Source: an uncultured Bacilli bacterium
GTDB lineage: Bacteria; Bacillota_I; Bacilli_A; RF39; UBA660
DNA length: 64,000 nucleotides
Direction of reading: 5' to 3'
Assembly: GCA_947625535.1 (NCBI GenBank)
Contig: CANQOR010000004.1
Coordinates: 307 to 64,306 of the forward strand
A model generated the notes under the pieces. That model saw only the letters and a list, made by a program, of their open reading frames with translations. It was not told the DNA's origin and did no database searches. Made by a program: the position numbers and the translations under genes. This document shows, piece by piece, positions 59,024 to 64,000 of the stretch; the stretch's first letter is position 1; each line of letters opens with the position of its first letter.

Positions 59024-59100
59024 GGCCTGTTGGTGAAGTGGTTTAACACATAACCCTCTCAAGGTTACATACACGGGTCCGAATCCCGTACAGGTCACCA
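59024..59100 (+). tRNA. tRNA-Glu(CUC) with atypical T-loop
   Basis: Acceptor ggcctgt/acaggtc, anticodon stem taacc/ggtta, loop cuCUCaa (anticodon 59058-59060), T-arm acggg-tccgaat-cccgt, A73, encoded CCA. Overall very similar to B. subtilis tRNA-Glu as recalled. Confidence 0.75.
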
Positions 59101-59138
59101 AATAGTAAATAACTCAAAACTTTTTGAGTATAATAAAG

Positions 59139-59163
59139 ACGACTTGTTAAAAAGTCGTTTTTT
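59139..59163 (+). terminator. Terminator downstream of tRNA-Glu
   Basis: acgactt / aagtcgt stem plus T6. Confidence 0.75.
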
Positions 59164-59433
59164 ATGTTATTAAGAATATGTCAAGAAAACTTGCATAAAA
59201 TAAAAAAGAGGAACATTCAACATACTAGTGTTGTCAAAAGTTTGGTTTCACCTAATTCAAAGCAGTTGAGTTAGGTGATTTTCCTTTATATTAAAACTAG
59301 ATAGGTATTATTTCGATATCATAGCTTAGTACAGACTTATAAAGTTAGTACTATTTTTATTAATATGATTAAAATCTAATAAAGATATTTGCTAACTATT
59401 GTTAAGTCTAATTGTTACATTATTAAAAAAACA

Positions 59434-59525
59434 CACGGAATGAAAATACAAAATCTCACGGAATGAAAATACAAAATCTCACGGAATGGAATTGCCAAAT
59501 TACACGGAATAAAATTGACAAAGTG
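59434..59525 (+). repeat. Four contiguous 23-bp direct repeats (iteron/operator-like array) overlapping a promoter
   Basis: Units start at 59434, 59457, 59480 and 59503: cacggaatgaaaatacaaaatct (twice, identical), cacggaatggaattgccaaatta, cacggaataaaattgacaaagtg. The last unit contains -35 TTGACA (59515-59520). -10 TATAAA at 59537-59542. Confidence 0.9.
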
Positions 59526-59560
59526 AAATAATATATTATAAAATGAATATAGGTGGTTAT

Positions 59561-60838
59561 ATGGAAATCCAAAATTACAAAAGAAGAATAGTTGATAAAC
59601 AAATAGAACAATATTTAAAACTGTTTGGTGCTGTATGTATAGAAGGACCAAAATATTGTGGTAAAACATGGAGCGGCAGATATCATGCTAATAGTGAAAT
59701 ATTGCTTCATAGTAATACTGGTGAAGGAGCAAATAATGTTGAAATCGCTAAGATTTCACCCAATATCATCTTAGCTGGTGAAAAACCAAAATTAATAGAT
59801 GAATGGCAAGAAGCAACAAATTTATGGGATGAAATAAGAATTGATGTTGATAAAACAGGGTTAAAAGGTCAATATATATTGACTGGATCATCTACTCCAA
59901 ACAGAAACGGAATCTCGCATAGTGGAGCAGGTAGATTTGGTAAAATACACCTTAGAACAATGTCTTTGTATGAATCTGGAGATTCATCAGGATTAGTTTC
60001 TTTAAAAGACATATGTGATGGAAAAGATATAGCAATAGAAACTGGCGAAGTAGATTTAAAGAAATTAGCAAATTTAATTATAAGAGGTGGATGGCCGGGT
60101 AATCTACAATTAACATCACAAGATTCTAAAACAACAATAATTGAATACATTGATAGAATAATAGATGATGATTTACATAGGCTAGATGGGGTAAATAGAG
60201 ATAAACATAAAGTCCGTTTATTACTGAAATCATTAGCAAGAAATGAAAGTACTACAGTTACAAATGTAACATTAAAAAAAGACATATGTGATATAGATAA
60301 AGAAGATATCGATATAGATACTTTAGCTTCATATTTAAATGCATTTGATAAACTATATTTATTAGATAATGATGAACCATTTTCTGTTAATGTAAGATCA
60401 TCAATAAGAACAAAACAAGCTGAAAAAAGACATTTTGCTGATCCGTCAATTGCATGTGCATTACTTAATTTATCAGAAGATAAATTAATAGCAGATTTAG
60501 AAACATTTGGACTTTTATTTGAAGCGTTAGTAGAAAGAGACTTAAAAATATATTCTGATGCATTTAACGCTAAAAATTATCATTATCAAGATTATTCAAA
60601 CAAAGAGATAGACCATGTTATCGAGTTAGAAGATGGATCGTGGTGTGCTTTTGAAATTAAATTGGGTGCTAATGCAATAGAAAATGCTGCTAAAAACCTT
60701 TTAGAATTAAGTAACTCTATAAAAGATAATGGTGGTAACGCTCCAAAAATTTTATGTGTTATTTGTGGTCTAACCAATTATGCTTATAAAAGACCTGATG
60801 GAGTATATGTAGTACCAATAACAGCACTTAAAGATTAA
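59561..60838 (+). CDS. AAA+ ATPase (AAA_14-like) fused to a DUF4143 / PD-(D/E)xK-like C-terminal domain
   Basis: ATG at 59561 behind aggtgg. GAVCIEGPKYCGKTW Walker A, LIDEWQ Walker B, C-terminal EIDHVIE...AFEIKLG nuclease-like motif. Visibly higher G+C than the flanks. Confidence 0.8.
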   Translation: MEIQNYKRRIVDKQIEQYLKLFGAVCIEGPKYCGKTWSGRYHANSEILLHSNTGEGANNVEIAKISPNIILAGEKPKLIDEWQEATNLWDEIRIDVDKTGLKGQYILTGSSTPNRNGISHSGAGRFGKIHLRTMSLYESGDSSGLVSLKDICDGKDIAIETGEVDLKKLANLIIRGGWPGNLQLTSQDSKTTIIEYIDRIIDDDLHRLDGVNRDKHKVRLLLKSLARNESTTVTNVTLKKDICDIDKEDIDIDTLASYLNAFDKLYLLDNDEPFSVNVRSSIRTKQAEKRHFADPSIACALLNLSEDKLIADLETFGLLFEALVERDLKIYSDAFNAKNYHYQDYSNKEIDHVIELEDGSWCAFEIKLGANAIENAAKNLLELSNSIKDNGGNAPKILCVICGLTNYAYKRPDGVYVVPITALKD

Positions 60839-60980
60839 ATAAAATTTTGATACAAGAACTTCTTAAACAAATATTCACCTTTTTAAAGGTGATTATTTTG
60901 CATAAAAAACTTGTCAAATACTTGTCCATAAACTTTAATAAATCATTGAATAGTAGTATATTATTTATATAGGTGATGAT

Positions 60981-61394
60981 ATGAAAAAAGAAAAATATTT
61001 TTTTATAACTTTAATCTCCTTACTAATAATAGTTTTATTAATAATCTTTATAAAAAACTATTATTCTTATAAACAAATAAATGATTTGGCGATAACTCCC
61101 TTTAATAAACTAAGTATCTTAAATACTAAAATAGAACTACAAGATAATAAAAGAATTTATAATATCGAAATAGATTGTACTAACTTAAAAGAACCTAATA
61201 CCCAAATAGTTAACTATGAACTAAATAAATCTTTTAAAGACTCATTAATTACTATAAATACTAAAATATATAATAATAATGAATTACTGGAAAATAATTA
61301 TGAACATATAACTAATATTAATACTCTAATAAGTATTACAAATAAAAATAAAGAATATGAACAATTATATTATATTAATTCAATATGTAAGTAA
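60981..61394 (+). CDS. Hypothetical membrane-anchored protein
   Basis: SD aggtga. Single N-terminal TM. Confidence 0.5.
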   Translation: MKKEKYFFITLISLLIIVLLIIFIKNYYSYKQINDLAITPFNKLSILNTKIELQDNKRIYNIEIDCTNLKEPNTQIVNYELNKSFKDSLITINTKIYNNNELLENNYEHITNINTLISITNKNKEYEQLYYINSICK

Positions 61395-61401
61395 ATGAGG
61401 T

Positions 61402-62379
61402 ATGAGTATGACACAGAATGTAGAACAAGTATTATCTTTAATTAAAGAAGGTAAAAGTTTAAATGAAATTCAAGAAATACTTAATTATTCTAATCGTCAA
61501 TTTAGTGCAATACTAAAGACGATTAGATATAATGGTTATAATTATTCTAAGTCATACTTTTCTGATGGAAAAGTATTCATTAAAATAAATAAAACATTAA
61601 ATTTTAATCCTGAAGGTAGTGCTTTAAGAATTAATGTTAAAGATCGAATACTAAGAGCAGTTTTTATTTCTGATTTACATATAGGTAGTATTTATGAAAG
61701 ACCAGATTTATTAAGATTAGTTTTTAATTATTTAAAAAAACATGATATTCATACTTTATTTAATGGGGGAGATGTTATTGAAAATATTTATGAAGATCGT
61801 GAAAACATTCTTCGTAATCATTCTGTTAAAAGTCAATTAAAAAAAGTTATTAGAATCTATCCAGCTGCTAGTGATATAACAAGTTATAATTTATATGGTA
61901 ATCATGATTATAAAAGTATTTCTGATAATGGTTTTGATATAGCAAGATACTTAGAAGATCGAAGATATGATTTAGTATCATTAGGATATGGAACAGCTAT
62001 TATTAAACTTAAAGATGATGCTATTGCTATTACTCATGATTTAAGTAGATCTAGTAAACATCGTGAAATACCTAATAATGTATCAATTATCTTTAAAGGA
62101 CATAGTCATAAAGCTAAGAATCGTGAAAATAAACTTATTTATATTCCTTCATTATCTGAAGATCCATCAGCAACCTATGAGTATCGCCCTTTAATGGGCT
62201 TTCTAGACGTTGAATTTATTTTCTTTGATAAATTAATCTCTAAAGTAAATATTCGTCATTTAGCGATTGTTAATAATGAAATTCGTTTAGCTAATGAAGA
62301 ATCTATTACAGTAAGACATGATTTAGAAGAAAGAAGATTAGAATCACGTATGACTAAGAAATTTAAACCTAATAAATAA
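61402..62379 (+). CDS. Calcineurin-like metallophosphoesterase with N-terminal HTH-like domain
   Basis: ISDLHIG, GGDVIEN, GNHD, THD and GHSH metal-site motifs in canonical order. N-terminal LSLIKEGKSLNEIQEILNYSNRQFSAILK. Start may be 61408. Confidence 0.7.
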   Translation: MSMTQNVEQVLSLIKEGKSLNEIQEILNYSNRQFSAILKTIRYNGYNYSKSYFSDGKVFIKINKTLNFNPEGSALRINVKDRILRAVFISDLHIGSIYERPDLLRLVFNYLKKHDIHTLFNGGDVIENIYEDRENILRNHSVKSQLKKVIRIYPAASDITSYNLYGNHDYKSISDNGFDIARYLEDRRYDLVSLGYGTAIIKLKDDAIAITHDLSRSSKHREIPNNVSIIFKGHSHKAKNRENKLIYIPSLSEDPSATYEYRPLMGFLDVEFIFFDKLISKVNIRHLAIVNNEIRLANEESITVRHDLEERRLESRMTKKFKPNK

Positions 62380-62384
62380 AACGT

Positions 62385-62628
62385 TTGACAATCTAAAATA
62401 AATTTACTATAATGAAACCACAAACGAAGAAAAAGAAGAGTAAATTAAGTTTATATTATAGAGAGTTTCTGTTTGGTGTAAAGAAATATATATCTTAATT
62501 GAAGAAACTTTGGAGTTGAATAATGTATACAAGTTATTCCGCTAGAAGCGTTAAAACATTAAGGTGTTAATAACACAAAATAAGGTGGTACCACGAACAA
62601 TTCGTCCTTTAGGAGAATTGTTCTTTTT
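62385..62628 (+). promoter_or_regulatory. T-box riboswitch leader, probable Glu specificity, upstream of gltX
   Basis: -35 TTGACA 62385-62390, 17-nt spacer, -10 TATAAT 62408-62413. agagag and tttggtgtaaa Stem I elements. GAA-GAA-A specifier candidate (62504-62506). T-box aaggtggtaccacg 62582-62595. Terminator gaacaattc/gaattgttc plus T5 (62595-62628). Confidence 0.85.
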
Positions 62629-62651
62629 ATTTAAAGAAAGGATTGATAAAA

Positions 62652-64000
62652 ATGACTACCAAAGAACTAGCTGATTTAATATTCCCAGATATTACTAAAA
62701 CAATCGAAGACTATGAAAAAATGTATCCAGAAAGGAATTTAGGAGAAGGAGCTAAAGTAACTAGATTTGCTCCATCACCAACAGGTTTTATGCACATAGG
62801 TAATTTTATGTCTGTAACTATTGATTACCTTCTAGCTCGTCAAAGTAAAGGAGTATTTTACTTACGTAATGAAGATACTGATAGTGCTCGTGAAATAGAA
62901 GGAGCAGTAGAAGCTATAAGACATATTTTAGACCAATATGACTATATACCAGATGAATATGAATATCGTGATATAAATGATGAAAAAGGTTTATATGGAC
63001 CTTATATACAATCAGAAAGAAAAGAAATATATCATGCTTTTATTAAACACTTAATCGCAGAAGGTAAAGCATACCCATGTTTCTTAACTCAAGAAGAAAT
63101 GGATTCTATAAGAGAATCACAATCTCGTGATAAAAGAAGAATAGGTATCTATGGTAGATATGCTAAGTATCGTAATTTAACTCCTGATGAAGCAGCAGAA
63201 CGTATTAAAAATGGAGAAAAATATACTATTAGATTAAAAAGTACTGGTGATTTTAATCGTAAGTTTAAATTTAATGATTTAGCTAATGGCGAAATGGAAT
63301 TTCCAGAAAATGATATTGATATTCCAATAATGAAATCAAGTAACTTATTACCTACATACCATTTTGCTCACTTAGTAGATGATCACTTAATGCGTACTAC
63401 TCATGTCGTAAGAGGTCAAGAATGGATTAGTTCTATTCCTGTTCATTATGAACTATTTAAAACCTTTGGTTTTAAAATGCCTAAATACATTCATACCCCA
63501 TTAATTATAAAAAAAGATGGCGATAAAATAAGAAAAATATCTAAAAGATTAGATCCTGAAGCTCGTATGACATATTATGAAGAAAAAGGATATCCTAAAT
63601 ATGCCTTAACAGAAAGTATAATGACTATTATAAATTCTAACTATGAAGCATGGCGTGAAAATCACCCTGATGCTCCATTTACTGAATTTGAATTTTCTCC
63701 TAAGAAAATGTCAGCATCAGGTGCTTTATTTGACTTAGATAAACTAGATAACATATCTAAAAACTATCTAAGTAGATTAAAAGCTACTGAAGTATTTGAT
63801 ATGTTAGATACTTGGTCTAAAATATATGATCCAGAATTTAACAAACTAATAAATAAAGATAAAACATATACAACAAATATCTTAAATATCGAAAGAGAAC
63901 AAAAGAAACCTCGTAAAGATTATGCTTGTCTTTCTGAAATAAAAAGAGAAATATGGTATATGTTTGATGAACTATTTACTGATGTAACATATGATTTTGC
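62652..64000 (+). CDS. gltX: Glutamate--tRNA ligase (3' end outside the window)
   Basis: Not in the ORF track because it runs off the window. ATG at 62652. RFAPSPTGFMHIGNF (HIGH), YLRNEDTD, KISKR (KMSKS). The frame is open to base 64000. Confidence 0.9.
   Translation, partial: MTTKELADLIFPDITKTIEDYEKMYPERNLGEGAKVTRFAPSPTGFMHIGNFMSVTIDYLLARQSKGVFYLRNEDTDSAREIEGAVEAIRHILDQYDYIPDEYEYRDINDEKGLYGPYIQSERKEIYHAFIKHLIAEGKAYPCFLTQEEMDSIRESQSRDKRRIGIYGRYAKYRNLTPDEAAERIKNGEKYTIRLKSTGDFNRKFKFNDLANGEMEFPENDIDIPIMKSSNLLPTYHFAHLVDDHLMRTTHVVRGQEWISSIPVHYELFKTFGFKMPKYIHTPLIIKKDGDKIRKISKRLDPEARMTYYEEKGYPKYALTESIMTIINSNYEAWRENHPDAPFTEFEFSPKKMSASGALFDLDKLDNISKNYLSRLKATEVFDMLDTWSKIYDPEFNKLINKDKTYTTNILNIEREQKKPRKDYACLSEIKREIWYMFDELFTDVTYDF

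Noticed and set aside
59434-59525. Possible CRISPR array, because of regularly spaced direct repeats
   Set aside because: The 23-bp units are contiguous with no spacers. The repeats diverge progressively, there are only four units, and no cas genes are present. An operator or iteron-like array fits better.
59415-59669. 84-aa minus-strand ORF
   Set aside because: It is made of the repeat array and promoter region read in reverse, and it overlaps the start of the well-supported ATPase gene.
971-60777. Other short antisense or alternate-frame ORFs in the track (971-1156, 2026-2256, 5972-6490, 6935-7150, 9561-9812, 10379-10579, 10965-11177, 21592-21795, 22707-22904, 23261-23452, 30462-30665, 32415-32606, 33241-33525, 35521-35859, 41022-41216, 42827-43018, 44507-44810, 47994-48176, 53205-53546, 55823-56029, 59869-60285, 60592-60777)
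   Set aside because: All lie inside longer genes with clear homology or motifs. They lack ribosome-binding sites and have low-complexity translations typical of off-frame AT-rich sequence.
59101-60980. Integrated element with an att duplication of the tRNA-Glu 3' end
   Set aside because: I found no second copy of the tRNA 3' segment (..atcccgtacaggtcacca) downstream and no integrase gene. I keep it only as a compositionally distinct islet.
1-64000. Mollicute-type genetic code (UGA = Trp), given the AT-richness and Mollicute-like ClpB/CIRCE features
   Set aside because: TGA clearly terminates well-supported genes (for example 11711-12274 and the transposase ORF at 4500). Trp is encoded by TGG in conserved motifs. 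The long ORFs are intact under code 11.

Overview
Very AT-rich chromosomal segment of a low-GC Firmicute using the standard bacterial code (TGA is a stop, Trp is TGG). A cse60 homologue, a SpoVB/YtgP-type flippase, a SEDS gene, an N-domain-less ClpB behind a CIRCE operator and three T-box leaders suggest a Clostridia- or Erysipelotrichia-like spore former; this taxonomy is inference only. I call about 60 protein genes, mostly housekeeping. They include leuS, tyrS and gltX (each behind a T-box), clpB, tdk, dapA, an NfnAB-like oxidoreductase pair, cdd, udp, two trmB paralogs, an ArsR/P-type ATPase metal-efflux pair, pgeF, a rhomboid protease, a Ca/Na antiporter and a VanY-type peptidase. There are also two orphan tRNAs, both with C34 anticodons: Gln-CUG and Glu-CUC. 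Accessory content: (1) a 1623-bp IS with imperfect terminal inverted repeats and a perfect 9-bp target duplication, inserted in a palindromic terminator, with its transposase split at A7 tracts; (2) a cluster of large secreted proteins with Big_2 and Listeria-Bacteroides repeats, four novel ~150-aa modules and beta-helix regions; (3) a small island next to tRNA-Glu carrying an AAA+/PD-(D/E)xK (DUF4143-type) gene preceded by four phased 23-bp direct repeats. The most unusual items: a T-box(Leu) operon encoding a LeuRS-fragment::Nudix fusion directly upstream of a leuS whose TTRPDT editing motif is degenerate; a GH31-like protein with both catalytic Asp positions substituted; a tRNA-Glu(CUC) with C at the universal U55 position; a divergent second trmB next to a 48-bp tandem duplication; and an NrtR-like Nudix regulator cluster. 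All functional calls come from motif recognition by eye; no database search was possible.
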